This document shows positions 44,836 to 56,557 of a stretch of 64,000 nucleotides of DNA, one piece after another. How positions within the stretch are numbered: position 1 is the stretch's first letter; each line of letters opens with the position of its first letter. The position numbers were made by a program, and so were the translations under genes. The DNA is from Saccharolobus solfataricus P2 (GTDB lineage Archaea; Thermoproteota; Thermoprotei_A; Sulfolobales; Sulfolobaceae): assembly GCF_000007005.1 (NCBI RefSeq), contig NC_002754.1. The stretch is one strand, 5' to 3'. A model generated the notes under the pieces. It did no database searches, was not told the DNA's origin, and saw only the letters and a list, made by a program, of their open reading frames with translations.

Positions 44836-46306
44836 TTAAACTCTTTGCTTAAATTCTCTTATAATCGCTATTACCAACCTTCTACCATAAGGGTTAAAAG
44901 CGTAGTTGTATAGAGTAAAGACCAAAATTGCTACGACAGCATATATGCCCATTGGCAAAAAACTTACTGGTCTATAAACAGTTGACAAAGGCAAACTGAG
45001 TGCGCTTAAGCCTAATGGTATAAGAAATTCTCGCAATGGAAATCTAAAATTATAAATTCGCTTACATACATTATAGGAGGTAAACAGCATTGAAAATGAA
45101 TTAGTTATTATCCCAATACTCATAAAGGCTGCTAATAAATAAGGCGAGTAAGAGGAGAAGAAGTAAATCAGTAAAGTTGAAATTCCTAAACCTAGTAATG
45201 AAAAAAGTAAATTGGAAGTTGTAAGCTTAAATAGGTAACCCTTAAATTCATCCTTGGATTCTACTGACAGAGTGGGATCGGCCATTGTTATACTTTGATA
45301 GAAGATACTATACAAGCCTCTTATGAAATTTGAAAAAGTAAGTATATATAGTGAGAAAATAGCTGCTATATACTCAGGTCTTAGTTTGTATAAAACTCCA
45401 TATCCGTCTAAGAAAATAAGAATTAAAAATAAGCTACCAACTATTGAGTAAAGTTTGATTGCATCAACGATTATAGATGGATTTTTATCTTCAGCTAACT
45501 TAGCCATAAGCCCTGTATATATTGCTTGTGACCAATTTGAATATTACTAACTATAATTGCTGATTCAAAATATGCTACTACTAGATCTGAATTTACTATA
45601 CCTAGAGTTATCCATACTATTGATGCTTCTAGAATATATTGAATATAATTCGCTATATATACTACTGCTTTTCTAACAGCCGAAAAAGCTACCTTAAAGT
45701 CAATCTTGAGATTAGCTCTTATAAAGAATAAATTGAATAATACTTGAGCAAGATAGCCTATACTGTAAGCTAAGATTACTGCCAGAATAGAAAGATTAAA
45801 TATAAACATGAATATAATCCCTGAAACTAATCTTAAAACTTGAAAGATTAGTGCAGAAATTCCAACAATCTTGGGTGTTCTTCCTTGAGCTATTGAATTT
45901 GTTACAGTCAGTAAATAGGTTAAAATGATTAGCGATATTGCAGAATAGAAATAGATAGGAACATCCAGCTTAGTTAAAGAAATGTAGTATGGAACTAAAA
46001 GAGCGAAAACCAAACTTGAACTAATTCCAGCTATCAAGTTAATTATTACTATTCCTCCTACATTCTTCCTTTCTGCAGAATATCTTGACGTTATTAATGA
46101 GAATAGATTTGCGGGTATCGTAAAATAACCTATTGTGAAAACGTACAAGGTTTGCCATGTCGCAAATAAGTAATACCATAAGGAGGATTCGATAAGTACT
46201 TTGCAACCATTAACGTGAAGACAAATGAAATAGGAGCACCTAAAGCCCTAGTTAGTAAGTTAATAATACCTATTCTTGTAACTCTCACAGTCTCTTTTTT
46301 ATCCAC
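44836..46306 (-). pseudogene. Wzx/polysaccharide-flippase-like membrane protein, about 490 aa, with two -1 frameshifts
   Basis: GTG at 46306 (MDKKETVRVTRIG…). One T is missing at about 46165 (Y-F-A-T-W-Q) and one at about 45535 (I-W-S-Q-A-I-Y-T-G-L-M), which links ORFs 45495-46148 and 44836-45507. Confidence 0.72.
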
Positions 46307-46405
46307 ATTTTTACGTATCGAAAATAAAGTATTTATAGTCTATCGAATCAAAAAGGTTTGAGATTAATCTAATAATATTATAAAAATCTCTTATCAACAG
46401 AGTTG

Positions 46406-46804
46406 TTAGCCTTCTAAAATATCATCTATTGCCCGTGCAATATCTCTTATAGATATTATTCCCCTTAAGTTTCCATCATAATCAATAACTGGTAAATGTC
46501 TAATGTTATATGTTCTCATAAGGCTTAATGCTCCAGTTATTGGTGAATCTTCCTTGATAGTTATAAGGGAAGCAGTCATTATTTCTTCTGCTATGGTATC
46601 TAGACTTTTACCTTTTCCAATAGCCCTAACTACATCACGTTCCGTTATTATGCCAATAGGTTTCCCATTATCCACTACAATTACTGAACCTACGTTATTA
46701 TCTGTCATAATTCTAGTTACTTCTTTAAGCATAGTATTTCTACCTACTGTTATTACACGGGTTTTCATATATTCTTTTACAAATTCTTCTTTCATATTTA
46801 TCAT
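46406..46804 (-). CDS. Two-CBS-domain protein; start 46804 or 46795
   Basis: GSVIVV…GIITERD, RHLPVID…GIISIRD. Confidence 0.9.
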   Translation of the reverse strand: MINMKEEFVKEYMKTRVITVGRNTMLKEVTRIMTDNNVGSVIVVDNGKPIGIITERDVVRAIGKGKSLDTIAEEIMTASLITIKEDSPITGALSLMRTYNIRHLPVIDYDGNLRGIISIRDIARAIDDILEG

Positions 46805-47213
46805 TGTATAGGAAAAAAGATAATATAAATTTAAGCTATATATGCTCTTACCGATAATATGATAAAGAAAAGACAAGCTTCATCCTTTTAGGTAGTTACA
46901 AAATCGTTTTCATAAGATTTCTATAAGAGATCGTAGTGACCAACCTTAATTACATGCATTGTTATTTGTAATTAAAATAATCTTGTATAAACAATTTTGG
47001 AAGTATTATTTAGGACAGGAGAGAAGTCGGATGTAATGTGATTAGTCGACTTGTTGAATATTTTTACACTAAACTGCTATTAACTTCCTTTCAATTAATG
47101 ATAGCGTGTTCAATTTATATTTGTGATGCACCTTAACCCTTTATGCGAATTCAACAAATCCACGAAGCAGATGTGATGAAAAATAATATAAACTCCCTGC
47201 ACGAGATTAGCAT

Positions 47214-48191
47214 ATGAATTGGGAAGTAGTAAAATTAAGATTAAATATGGCGTTAGCAACTCTAGGAATTACCTTACTAGGATTTGCATTGGCGTTAGCA
47301 GTTGCGGATTATGCGTTCGGGGCGCAATTTGGAGTAGGATTAATATTATCTATCTTAATATTTATATTCTTCCTTAACATTATTCAATGGTTGTTCGGAC
47401 CATATATGATAAACTGGGCATATAGGACAGTAGAAGTAACTCCTACTGATCCAGTTTATGGATGGTTATACAGTACTGTAGCCGAAGTTGCAAAATATAA
47501 TGGATTTAGAGAAGTACCAAAAGTTTACATTGCTGATGTGCCATTCCCTAATGCTTTTGCATATGGAAGTCCGATAGCTGGTAAAAGAATAGCCTTTACA
47601 TTACCAATATTAAAATTACTAAATAGGGATGAAATAATGGCAGTAGCGGGACATGAGCTAGGACATCTAAAGCATAGAGATGTAGAATTGCTAATGGCTG
47701 TAGGTCTGATTCCAGCTTTAATTTATTACTTAGGTTGGTGGTTATTCTGGGGAGGATTGTTTAGTGGAGGAGGAAATGGTAGAGGGAATAATGGAGGATT
47801 AGTTTTCCTTTTAGGAATTATAATGATGGCAGTAAGTTTTGTTTTTCAACTACTAGTACTATCCTTAAATAGAATGAGAGAAGCCTACGCAGATGTTAAC
47901 TCGGCCTTAACAGTACCTGGTGGAAAAGAAAACTTGCAACTAGCCTTAGCTAAATTAACACTATCAATGGATCCAGAAGCATTAGAAAGATTTAAGAAAA
48001 AGAGTACTACAAACCAAATGGCAAGTATGTTATTCTTTACCAACGCCATTGAAGAAGTTCCAACATGGAATGCCAAAGAGTTAGTGGAAATTTGGAAAAC
48101 TACAAAGGTTCCATGGTATGCTGATATATTTATGGATCATCCACATCCTGCCAAAAGGATACAGTTACTAGATAAAGTTTCAAAATATTAA
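47214..48191 (+). CDS. htpX: HtpX M48 zinc metalloprotease
   Basis: PNAFAYG, HELGH, RMREAYAD, HPHPAKRI. Confidence 0.93.
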   Translation: MNWEVVKLRLNMALATLGITLLGFALALAVADYAFGAQFGVGLILSILIFIFFLNIIQWLFGPYMINWAYRTVEVTPTDPVYGWLYSTVAEVAKYNGFREVPKVYIADVPFPNAFAYGSPIAGKRIAFTLPILKLLNRDEIMAVAGHELGHLKHRDVELLMAVGLIPALIYYLGWWLFWGGLFSGGGNGRGNNGGLVFLLGIIMMAVSFVFQLLVLSLNRMREAYADVNSALTVPGGKENLQLALAKLTLSMDPEALERFKKKSTTNQMASMLFFTNAIEEVPTWNAKELVEIWKTTKVPWYADIFMDHPHPAKRIQLLDKVSKY

Positions 48192-49295
48192 TTATTCGAA
48201 CTCTATAGTTGCAGGTGGTTTAGAAGTAACATCATAAAGTACTTCTTTAACATTAGGTATTTTTTGTAATATTTCAGAACTAATTTTACTTAAAATTTCT
48301 TTAGGTATTCTAACATAATCAGCTGTCATGAAATCCTCAGTAGTGACTGCCCTTATTGCGACACTGTATTTTCCGCTATTCCTTTCGTCCAAGGTACATA
48401 ATACATGAGTAATGTCATATTTAACTAAAGTATCTATAATGTTTTTCACATTATTAATATTACTGCACTCAATCTTTGCTATATTCCCATAAGCCCTAAC
48501 GTCACCCTTAACTCCAGTAGCCCTAGCTTTGTATAGAAAAGCATCAATACCGTCTAAATTTACAAGATTACCATAGGATTCAAAGGATACTGCAAAATAT
48601 TGCGAGTAGTTAAAAGGATCTAAATACTTTTCAACTATATCATTAGCTTCTCTCACTACTTCCAACTTTTCCCTAGTCAGTTTCCCCACCGCCCTAACTA
48701 GGAGACCAGGGCCAGGAAATGGCTGCCTTTCAGAAATTTCCTTAGGTAGTTTAAGATATCTAGCTAGTTCCCTGACCTCATTCTTATAAAGGTCTGCCAA
48801 TGGTTCGATTAATGTAAATCCCCATTCTTTCTCAGTGTCTATACCTATTTGAACTAAGACATTATGTTGTGTCTTTATTCCACCTTGAGTCTCTACCCAG
48901 TCAGCGGCTATGGTACCTTGCATTAAATATCTTGCGTTGAACTTTTTCATTAATGATGAAATAGTAGAGTAAAAAAGTTCTCTGAATCTCTTCCTTTTCA
49001 TTTCGGCATCGTCAATTCCCTCAATTTCAGAGATAAATGTCTCCTTCTTGTCTACTATAATAAGGTTAGGTAAAATATTACTTAAATAATCTTTAATTTT
49101 CTCAGCTTCGTTTTTCCTTAAAAAGCCGGTATCTACTAAAACGGGAATTACTTTATCGCCTAACAAATTATAAGCGAGAACTGCAGCTGTAGTACTATCA
49201 ACACCACCACTTACCGCAGCTAAAACTTTCTCATTGCCAAGCTTCTGTCTCAACTGCGGCCCTATTTCCTCGACAAATGAAGCAGGATCAAACAT
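48192..49295 (-). CDS. guaA: GMP synthase, ATP-pyrophosphatase subunit
   Basis: [34 protein letters not shown]; no glutaminase domain. Confidence 0.93.
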   Translation of the reverse strand: MFDPASFVEEIGPQLRQKLGNEKVLAAVSGGVDSTTAAVLAYNLLGDKVIPVLVDTGFLRKNEAEKIKDYLSNILPNLIIVDKKETFISEIEGIDDAEMKRKRFRELFYSTISSLMKKFNARYLMQGTIAADWVETQGGIKTQHNVLVQIGIDTEKEWGFTLIEPLADLYKNEVRELARYLKLPKEISERQPFPGPGLLVRAVGKLTREKLEVVREANDIVEKYLDPFNYSQYFAVSFESYGNLVNLDGIDAFLYKARATGVKGDVRAYGNIAKIECSNINNVKNIIDTLVKYDITHVLCTLDERNSGKYSVAIRAVTTEDFMTADYVRIPKEILSKISSEILQKIPNVKEVLYDVTSKPPATIEFE

Positions 49296-49313
49296 TTAGT
49301 TAAGACTAAAAAT

Positions 49314-50711
49314 TCATTGCTTATAAATTTCGACTATTTCGTCAATATGTAAATATTTCCTTAAAAATTGCTCTACACGAATTGCTTGCTGTTTGATTTC
49401 TTCTTCCATCGATTGGGAGTGAATATTAATATTGAACTCCTTCAGTAATTTTTTCATTCCATCAGAAAATAAGGTTCCATGTACACTTATACCAATGATA
49501 TTATCCTTTTTTGCCCCATCCTCAACGCTTACTTTTTCACCATTCCTTAATGTTATCTTAAGCAAAGGCTTTTCACCCATGTATTTTATTACTCCTCTTC
49601 TAATTTCATAACCATTCATTTCTCCATATTCAGAAATGCCAGTTGTCATTGAAACAACCTTATCCTTGCTATAATGTACATTAATATCAAATATTCCTAA
49701 CCCTTCATATTCTGTAGGATATCCCGCCTCAATCCCGTAAGGATCCACAATCTTTTTACCTAAAATTTGGAAACCACCGCAAATACCTAAAATGTTCATA
49801 GATCTTTGCCTTAGCTGTTCTACAAATCCGTTTTCCACCAACCACTTCAGCGATTCTAAAGTATTTCTACTACCCGGTAAAATTACAAGATCTGCCTTTG
49901 CAGTTTCTTTGGGCTTTCTTACGAAGGATACACGTGCATTAGACTTGACTAAGGCGTAAAACTCATTGAAATTACTCATGTAAGGATAGGCAATTATGGC
50001 TACTTCAACATTGCCATCGCCAAAATTGTAAACATTCATAGAATCTTCCGGCATTATGGGAGGCTCACTAAAAAAGGGCAGATAACCTAAATATCTCATT
50101 CCAGTTTTCTCTTCAAGCCATTTTATGGCGTCATTCAGAAACTTTTCATCTCCTCTAAATTTATTAATAATGAACCCTTTCAGGTTCTCTCTAACGGATT
50201 GAGGAAGCATCATATAAGTACCATAGGCGGATGCAAATGCGCCTCCCCTATCTATATCTAATACTAAAATAGCCGGAATTCTCTTTTCCTTCATTACTTT
50301 TATTGCTGTAATATCCTTGTCGATAAAATTCGGTTCTCCTATACCCCCTGCCGCCTCTATCACAACATCGTTTGATAAGAATTGTGAGACCTTTTTCCAT
50401 AACTTCTCAGTTGCCAAATTGTAATACTCATTGCCACTCATGATACCAAGCGAACTCCCCATAAAGATTACTTCAAGACCCTTTCCCATTATCTTAAGCA
50501 AGATTGGGTTCATATACCTCTCTGGTCTTAATCCAGCTCCCCAAGCCTGGTATGCTTGTATAAAAGCTATTTCTCCTCCATCCCAAGTCGAAATACTATT
50601 CAAAGACATGTTCTGAATTTTAAGTGGTTTTGCGTTTAGAATCCTCACTAAGCCAGTGGTTATAAATGATTTACCAGAATCGCTCATTGTCGAAGCTACT
50701 ATTATTGACAC
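49314..50711 (-). CDS. cobQ: Cobyric acid synthase
   Basis: TMSDSGKS, QNMSLNS, NPILLK, INKFRGD, LPGS, GICGGFQ. Confidence 0.94.
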   Translation of the reverse strand: MSIIVASTMSDSGKSFITTGLVRILNAKPLKIQNMSLNSISTWDGGEIAFIQAYQAWGAGLRPERYMNPILLKIMGKGLEVIFMGSSLGIMSGNEYYNLATEKLWKKVSQFLSNDVVIEAAGGIGEPNFIDKDITAIKVMKEKRIPAILVLDIDRGGAFASAYGTYMMLPQSVRENLKGFIINKFRGDEKFLNDAIKWLEEKTGMRYLGYLPFFSEPPIMPEDSMNVYNFGDGNVEVAIIAYPYMSNFNEFYALVKSNARVSFVRKPKETAKADLVILPGSRNTLESLKWLVENGFVEQLRQRSMNILGICGGFQILGKKIVDPYGIEAGYPTEYEGLGIFDINVHYSKDKVVSMTTGISEYGEMNGYEIRRGVIKYMGEKPLLKITLRNGEKVSVEDGAKKDNIIGISVHGTLFSDGMKKLLKEFNINIHSQSMEEEIKQQAIRVEQFLRKYLHIDEIVEIYKQ

Positions 50712-50746
50712 TTAATCATATCAACTCGGCTACTAAATAAATTCAC

Positions 50747-51508
50747 ATGCACCTAAAAGAGATACTTGCGCAGTTTTCGTTTTTCACAGCAATACCAGTT
50801 AAGAGTAGTGCTTCCTTAGAGGAAATTGCGGAATCCTCTTACATATCGCCAATAATTGTGGGTATATCGTTGGGGTTAATTGAGAGTGTTGCGTACTTAA
50901 TTCTATATAGAATTCTTGGAGAACTTACTGGAATAGTATTGTTAGGTATAATAGAACTGCTTAGGGGATTTAACCATCTAGATGGCTTACTGGACTTGGG
51001 GGATGCATTAATGATAAGGGGAAATAGAGAGAAAAAAATAAAAGCGTTGAAGGATGTTGAAGTTGGCTCAGGAGGTATAGGTTTACTTTTAGTTTACTTA
51101 TCAATACAAATAGTAGCTTTATTAAAATTAGATTTCTCGCTATACACCATATTCTATTTAATCTCATCTAATGTACTTTCCATGTCGTTAAGTCTTTATA
51201 TACTTTCAACCATAAGTCCAATTCCAGAAAGCAATTTAGGAAGAATCTTTCACGATAAATTGAAAGGAAAATCAACTATATTACTTCTAGAATTAATTCC
51301 TTTTATCTCATTATACAATGTGATAGTCTTTATAATATTTTACATGATAATGTATAAAATCTGTGGATCACTTGGAGGCTCCTCAGGTGATATAGCTGGT
51401 GCGTCAATAACTCTTTCCTTTCCACTCTTCCTTATCACCGACGAGATAACCAATTTAAATTACTCACTACTATCTATCTTGTGTTATTTATTCTCGCACT
51501 TGCACTGA
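50747..51508 (+). CDS. cobS: Adenosylcobinamide-GDP ribazoletransferase
   Basis: [26 protein letters not shown]. Confidence 0.93.
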   Translation: MHLKEILAQFSFFTAIPVKSSASLEEIAESSYISPIIVGISLGLIESVAYLILYRILGELTGIVLLGIIELLRGFNHLDGLLDLGDALMIRGNREKKIKALKDVEVGSGGIGLLLVYLSIQIVALLKLDFSLYTIFYLISSNVLSMSLSLYILSTISPIPESNLGRIFHDKLKGKSTILLLELIPFISLYNVIVFIIFYMIMYKICGSLGGSSGDIAGASITLSFPLFLITDEITNLNYSLLSILCYLFSHLH

Positions 51509-52398
51509 TATGGGATTTAACGATTTCAGAACCGCCTATTTACATACACCCTGTAGTTTGGACTGGGAAAATATCGGAAATATTAATTAAACCATATAAG
51601 GGCTATTTCTACGGAGTCATCTTATGGATCTTATCGGTCTTACCTCCATTACTTATTTTCGTGTATTTACCAATAGTAGCAGAAATTCCAATTTATCTTA
51701 AAATAATAATCTTAACATTTTCCTTGAAAACGACATTTTCAATTAAAATGCTGTATGATATTGTAACAAAAGGATCAAGACTAGATGACCAGGCTAGGTA
51801 TTATGCACAACAGATTGTCAGAAGAGACTTAAGTAAGAGCGAGAAAGGTCATATAGCTTCCGCCTTAATTGAATCATTATTTGAGAGTACCGTTGATGGA
51901 ATAACCTCCCCAATCTTCTGGTTTCTTATTTTTGGACTAATTGGAGCAATGCTACAAAGACTTGCAAATACAATGGATAGTATGGTAGGATATAAGACCC
52001 CAGAACTTAGAAAAGAGGGTTGGTTCTCAGCTAAAATTGATACTATACTTAATTATATCCCAGCTAGACTAACCGGAATGATAATGCTAATAGCTGGTTT
52101 AATCTTAGGACTTGACGTAAAACAAGGATGGAAAGCACTTAGAGAGGCAAAAATGGAAAGTGTAAATGCCAAGTATCCAATAGCTATTGCTGCAGGTTTA
52201 CTAAATGTAAGTTTAGAAAAGGTCGGCCATTATAAAGTGGGCTTTGGAAATTTACCATGTGAGGATGATATTGAAAAAGCACTTAAGTTATTTAAATTAA
52301 GTCTAATCTTGTACTTTCTAGTTATTTCAACTATATATTATTACCTTTATGGCATTTCCCTCCTTACCTATCCTTACGGCCTCATTGAACTCATCTAA
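51481..52398 (+). CDS. cbiB: Adenosylcobinamide-phosphate synthase (CbiB/CobD)
   Basis: [29 protein letters not shown]. Confidence 0.93.
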   Translation: MLFILALALIWDLTISEPPIYIHPVVWTGKISEILIKPYKGYFYGVILWILSVLPPLLIFVYLPIVAEIPIYLKIIILTFSLKTTFSIKMLYDIVTKGSRLDDQARYYAQQIVRRDLSKSEKGHIASALIESLFESTVDGITSPIFWFLIFGLIGAMLQRLANTMDSMVGYKTPELRKEGWFSAKIDTILNYIPARLTGMIMLIAGLILGLDVKQGWKALREAKMESVNAKYPIAIAAGLLNVSLEKVGHYKVGFGNLPCEDDIEKALKLFKLSLILYFLVISTIYYYLYGISLLTYPYGLIELI

Positions 52399-53364
52399 TG
52401 AGAATCTATGAGTTATCAGTTTAGTTACATCAATCTTCTTATTAGCTATTATAGCTAAAGCTTCCTTTGTATCCTCTTCCACAGCAGCATTACTAGGAAT
52501 TATTGAGATCTCATTATTTAAGAGGTCACTAATATCGTAATTAAGTATCGTCCCCTTATATGGCACACCAAATAGTAAAACTCTACCACCCTTTCTAGTA
52601 GCATTAAGACCAGAGACTATTGCAGAAGGAGATCCAGAGGCTATTATAGTAACATCAGCGCCTCTACCATCGGTTAATCTCTTAACTTCATCAACTACAT
52701 TAACTTTCTTCGCATTAAGGGAATAGTTAATACCTACTTTGTATCCAAATTCGGTTCTAAAATCACTTACGTCTGATGCTATGATAACTCCTGCCTTATT
52801 TACCTTAGCCATCATTGCGTGTAATAGTCCCATGGGACCAATTCCAACAATAAAGACCGTATCGCCATTATCGATAGCTACTCTCTTTTGCGCCCTAATA
52901 ACGGTAGCTAATGGTTCTATGAATGCCCCTTCTTCGAAACTTACATTATCTGGCAACTTTAATACTCCCCCTCTTGCAACATTCCAAGCTGGGACTCTGA
53001 AGTACTCCGAAAATCCACCGGGATCTAAGTTAGTTTTTCTATAATAAGGACACATGGTCGGGCTTCCCTTTTTACAATAATAACACTCATAGCATGGGAC
53101 ATGGTGATGAGCAAAGACCCTATCCCCAGGCTTTAGCCAATCCACTGTAGATTCTTGGATTATTCCAGTCGGTTCATGACCCAATATTGGTTGTGATGCG
53201 GTGTATTGCCCACAAATCTTCTCGATGTCAGTACCGCACAATCCACAAGCCTTCATTTTAACTAATACATCACCTTGCTGTAATTTAGGTAATGGTAGCT
53301 CCTTTATTACAGCCTTTCCGTTCTCCATAATTACGCTTTTCATAGGTGAGAATCCCTCCACCAT
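52327..53364 (-). CDS. Zn-dependent MDR dehydrogenase (threonine/sorbitol-like); alternative start 53343
   Basis: CGLCGTD, GHE, CYECYYC…C, EPLA, GIGPMG. Confidence 0.9.
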   Translation of the reverse strand: MVEGFSPMKSVIMENGKAVIKELPLPKLQQGDVLVKMKACGLCGTDIEKICGQYTASQPILGHEPTGIIQESTVDWLKPGDRVFAHHHVPCYECYYCKKGSPTMCPYYRKTNLDPGGFSEYFRVPAWNVARGGVLKLPDNVSFEEGAFIEPLATVIRAQKRVAIDNGDTVFIVGIGPMGLLHAMMAKVNKAGVIIASDVSDFRTEFGYKVGINYSLNAKKVNVVDEVKRLTDGRGADVTIIASGSPSAIVSGLNATRKGGRVLLFGVPYKGTILNYDISDLLNNEISIIPSNAAVEEDTKEALAIIANKKIDVTKLITHRFSLDEFNEAVRIGKEGNAIKVIIYS

Positions 53365-53405
53365 CTTAAAAAGGAATATATGGTAATACTTGCGTTATAT
53401 TAATA

Positions 53406-53954
53406 GTGGATTTAATTATTACTTTCGGTTTACTCACACTGGTTGTTTTACTTGAATTCATAGTAGTACCCGCAATAATCCTTAAAAGGGGGACAAAATT
53501 TTCAACGATTTATAATTATCCTATATATATTATAAATTCTACTGAAATAAATGCATACTCTTTAACATCTGTTTGGGGAAAGTTCATAGTTTTAACTAGG
53601 GGATTGGTAAATGGGGAAGATGAGGAGCACATAAAAGCAGCTATTATGCATGAAGTTGGACACCTAAAGTTAAATCATCATGTGAAAATGAGCCTCTACA
53701 TTATTTCCGTAATCATGGTCTTTACCTATCTCCTTGGAGTAAATATGCTAACATTAATTCCTTTTGCCCTTGTAGCCTTGCTGGTTCAAAGATATTTACA
53801 GAGAAGGCTGGAATTGGGTGCAGATAGATTTGCGTTAAGATTCATTAACAAGAAAATGCTGGAAGATTTAATAACGAAATATGATATGAAAGAAACGACA
53901 TTTTTATCTACACATCCAAATATTCACGTAAGACTTAAAAACATCAACGAGTAG
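53406..53954 (+). CDS. Short M48-family metalloprotease
   Basis: INAY, HEVGH, RRLELGAD, STHP. Confidence 0.85.
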   Translation: MDLIITFGLLTLVVLLEFIVVPAIILKRGTKFSTIYNYPIYIINSTEINAYSLTSVWGKFIVLTRGLVNGEDEEHIKAAIMHEVGHLKLNHHVKMSLYIISVIMVFTYLLGVNMLTLIPFALVALLVQRYLQRRLELGADRFALRFINKKMLEDLITKYDMKETTFLSTHPNIHVRLKNINE

Positions 53955-53962
53955 ATTAGATT

Positions 53963-56095
53963 GTGTACGTTGGCAAACCTATTAAGCGAATCGAAGATCC
54001 TAAATTCTTAACTGGAGGCTCAACATACGTTGATGATATAGAACTTCCAGGTACATTATTTGTGGCATTTCTCAGATCGGTTAAACCACACGCTAAAATA
54101 AAGATAAAGAAGAATGGTAATAACGTATTTACTGGTTATGACATCAATCCAGGTAAGGATTTTCCAATACCCATAGAGGAGACAACTTACGTTGGTCAAC
54201 CATTAGCTATTGTAGTAGGAAGGGATAGATATGAAGCTTATGACTTGTTAGAAAGTATTGAAGTAGAATATGAGGAGTTACCTTACGTTATTGATCCTCA
54301 AGATGCTTTAAAAAACGATGTAAAAGTTTACAGTAAGAAGGAGTCTAATATTTACGAATATAAGAAATGGGAAGGAGGAAATATTGAACAGAGTCTTAAA
54401 GAGGCTGATGTGGTAATTAACGGAGAGTTATATAATCAAAGAGTAATAGCAAACCCCTTAGAAACTAGGGGAATATTAGCTTACTTCGATGGTAATAGGT
54501 TAAATGTATGGTCATCTACTCAATCAGCTCATTATCTTAGAAGAAATCTCATGAACTTTCTTGGAATTGATAACATAAGGGTAATTCAGCCAGATGTAGG
54601 AGGAGCGTTTGGGAGTAAAATTATAGCTCATCCGGAAGAATATGCTATAGCTAAGCTAGCCTTAAAAATGAAGAGACCTTTAAAGTGGATACCAACCAGG
54701 TCTGAAGAGATGCAGAGTGCAGGTCATGGAAGAGATAAGAGATTAAAGTTTAAGGTTGCAGTAAAGAGAGATGGTACAATACTAGGTATAGATGGTACTT
54801 TAATTGCCGATTTGGGAGCGCCTTATCCAGACGCAAACGATGATGAGATAGGCAATGTTCACAGTACAGTTAGAATGCTATTGGGACCTTATAGGATTCA
54901 AAACGTGAGAATAGAGGAATACGCTGTAAACACCAACAAGGCACCTACTCAATCATATAGGGGAGCGGGTAGACCAGAGGCAACATATTTCATAGAGAGA
55001 ATTATTAATATAATCTCTTTGGAGCTAGGAAAGGATGAATTTGATATAAGAGAGAAGAATTTGATTAGAGAACTACCATACAAGAATGCCTTGGGTATAA
55101 CCTATGATACTGGAGATTATATTGGTCTATTAAATAAAGCAAGAGAATACTATGAGACGTTGAAAAAAGAAGCTAGCACGGATGAATGTATAGGTTCAAG
55201 TATGTACGTCGAAATAACAGCATTTGGCCCTTGGGAGACCGCAAGAGTTCTAGCTAAAAGTGACGGAAAAATCATGATAATAACTGGCAGTGGACCTCAT
55301 GGGCAAGGTGATGGTACTGCTTTTGCCCAAATAGTAGCCGATGTTCTAGAGATTCCAATAGAGAATATTGAAGTTAGATGGGGAGACACTGATATAATTT
55401 CAGATGGGATTGGAACTTGGGGAAGTAGAACAGTAACAATTGGTGGGTCAGCGATGTATAAGGCTGCAGAAGAGTTAAGGAGAAGATTGATTGAAGTAAG
55501 TGCAAAAATGTTAAACGCTGACGTGGAAGAGGTAGAGTATAAGAATGGGATATTTTCGCATAAGAAGAGCAGTAAGAGTTTTACTATAAAGGAAGTAATA
55601 CAAAACGCTTATTCAATGGGATACTCCTTAGATGTAACCTATGTCTATAACGTAACTAAACCAGGTTACACTGTACCTTATGGAGTTCATTTAGCGTTAG
55701 TTAAGGTAGATAAAGAGACTGGAAGTATAAGAGTGAGGAAATACATTGCCTTAGACGATGTTGGGAGAGTTATAAATCCACTACTTGCAGAAGGTCAGAT
55801 AATTGGTGGGGCTTTACAAGGGATAGGACAAGCTATATATGAAGGAACAATATATAGTAAAGAGGGTTATTTGCTAAATTCAAACTTAACCGACTATGGG
55901 TTTCCTACTGCAGTGGAAGCACCAAGGATTGAGTGGCATTACATTGAAAAGGGATTATCAGGCCATCCTACTAATTCTAAAGGAATAGGCGAGGCTGGAG
56001 CTATTGCCTCAACTCCTGCTGTAGTAAATGCAGTAGAAAAGTGCATTAGGAAGAAAATAGTTAACATGCCGATAAGACCAGAAGAGGTTATTTAA
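53963..56095 (+). CDS. Xanthine oxidase/CO dehydrogenase-family molybdoenzyme large subunit (CutA-like)
   Basis: GGAFGSK, YRGAGRPE, GQG, GS, KGIGE motifs. Confidence 0.92.
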   Translation: MYVGKPIKRIEDPKFLTGGSTYVDDIELPGTLFVAFLRSVKPHAKIKIKKNGNNVFTGYDINPGKDFPIPIEETTYVGQPLAIVVGRDRYEAYDLLESIEVEYEELPYVIDPQDALKNDVKVYSKKESNIYEYKKWEGGNIEQSLKEADVVINGELYNQRVIANPLETRGILAYFDGNRLNVWSSTQSAHYLRRNLMNFLGIDNIRVIQPDVGGAFGSKIIAHPEEYAIAKLALKMKRPLKWIPTRSEEMQSAGHGRDKRLKFKVAVKRDGTILGIDGTLIADLGAPYPDANDDEIGNVHSTVRMLLGPYRIQNVRIEEYAVNTNKAPTQSYRGAGRPEATYFIERIINIISLELGKDEFDIREKNLIRELPYKNALGITYDTGDYIGLLNKAREYYETLKKEASTDECIGSSMYVEITAFGPWETARVLAKSDGKIMIITGSGPHGQGDGTAFAQIVADVLEIPIENIEVRWGDTDIISDGIGTWGSRTVTIGGSAMYKAAEELRRRLIEVSAKMLNADVEEVEYKNGIFSHKKSSKSFTIKEVIQNAYSMGYSLDVTYVYNVTKPGYTVPYGVHLALVKVDKETGSIRVRKYIALDDVGRVINPLLAEGQIIGGALQGIGQAIYEGTIYSKEGYLLNSNLTDYGFPTAVEAPRIEWHYIEKGLSGHPTNSKGIGEAGAIASTPAVVNAVEKCIRKKIVNMPIRPEEVI

Positions 56096-56098
56096 CTC

Positions 56099-56557
56099 AT
56101 GCAAAGACATGTTATGTCATCTAAAGACTCTAAGATTTTTATCAACAAGATAAAAGAGAAGTATAATGTTGATATTTCTAATGCTAAATTAGAGGTAGGT
56201 AAGGAGAAAAAGGAGATATGGTATTATGTAAACGATATTTTAGCATTTTTCGATGACCTAATTCCTACACTTTGTGCAATAATCAGGTTAAAAATCAATC
56301 TCCCTTATGTAATTATAGATGAGGGAGCTGTAAAAGCTGTGAGTAAAGGAGCTGATCTTTTCGCCCCAGGTATAGTAGAATATAACTGCGAATGTAAGGA
56401 GAATGAGATTGTTTTAGCGAAGACCAAGACAAATTTACCTGTTGCAGTATTAAGAGTTCTAATGCCAAAGGAGAAGGCTTTAGTTGAAAAGAAGGGAAAG
56501 TTCGCCCTTAATCTCCACCATATTGGGGATAAGATATGGGAGATGTGTAATGGGTAA
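56099..56557 (+). CDS. PUA-domain RNA-binding protein (MCT-1-like)
   Basis: IDEGAVKAVSKGADLFAPGI, LHHIGD. Confidence 0.88.
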   Translation: MQRHVMSSKDSKIFINKIKEKYNVDISNAKLEVGKEKKEIWYYVNDILAFFDDLIPTLCAIIRLKINLPYVIIDEGAVKAVSKGADLFAPGIVEYNCECKENEIVLAKTKTNLPVAVLRVLMPKEKALVEKKGKFALNLHHIGDKIWEMCNG

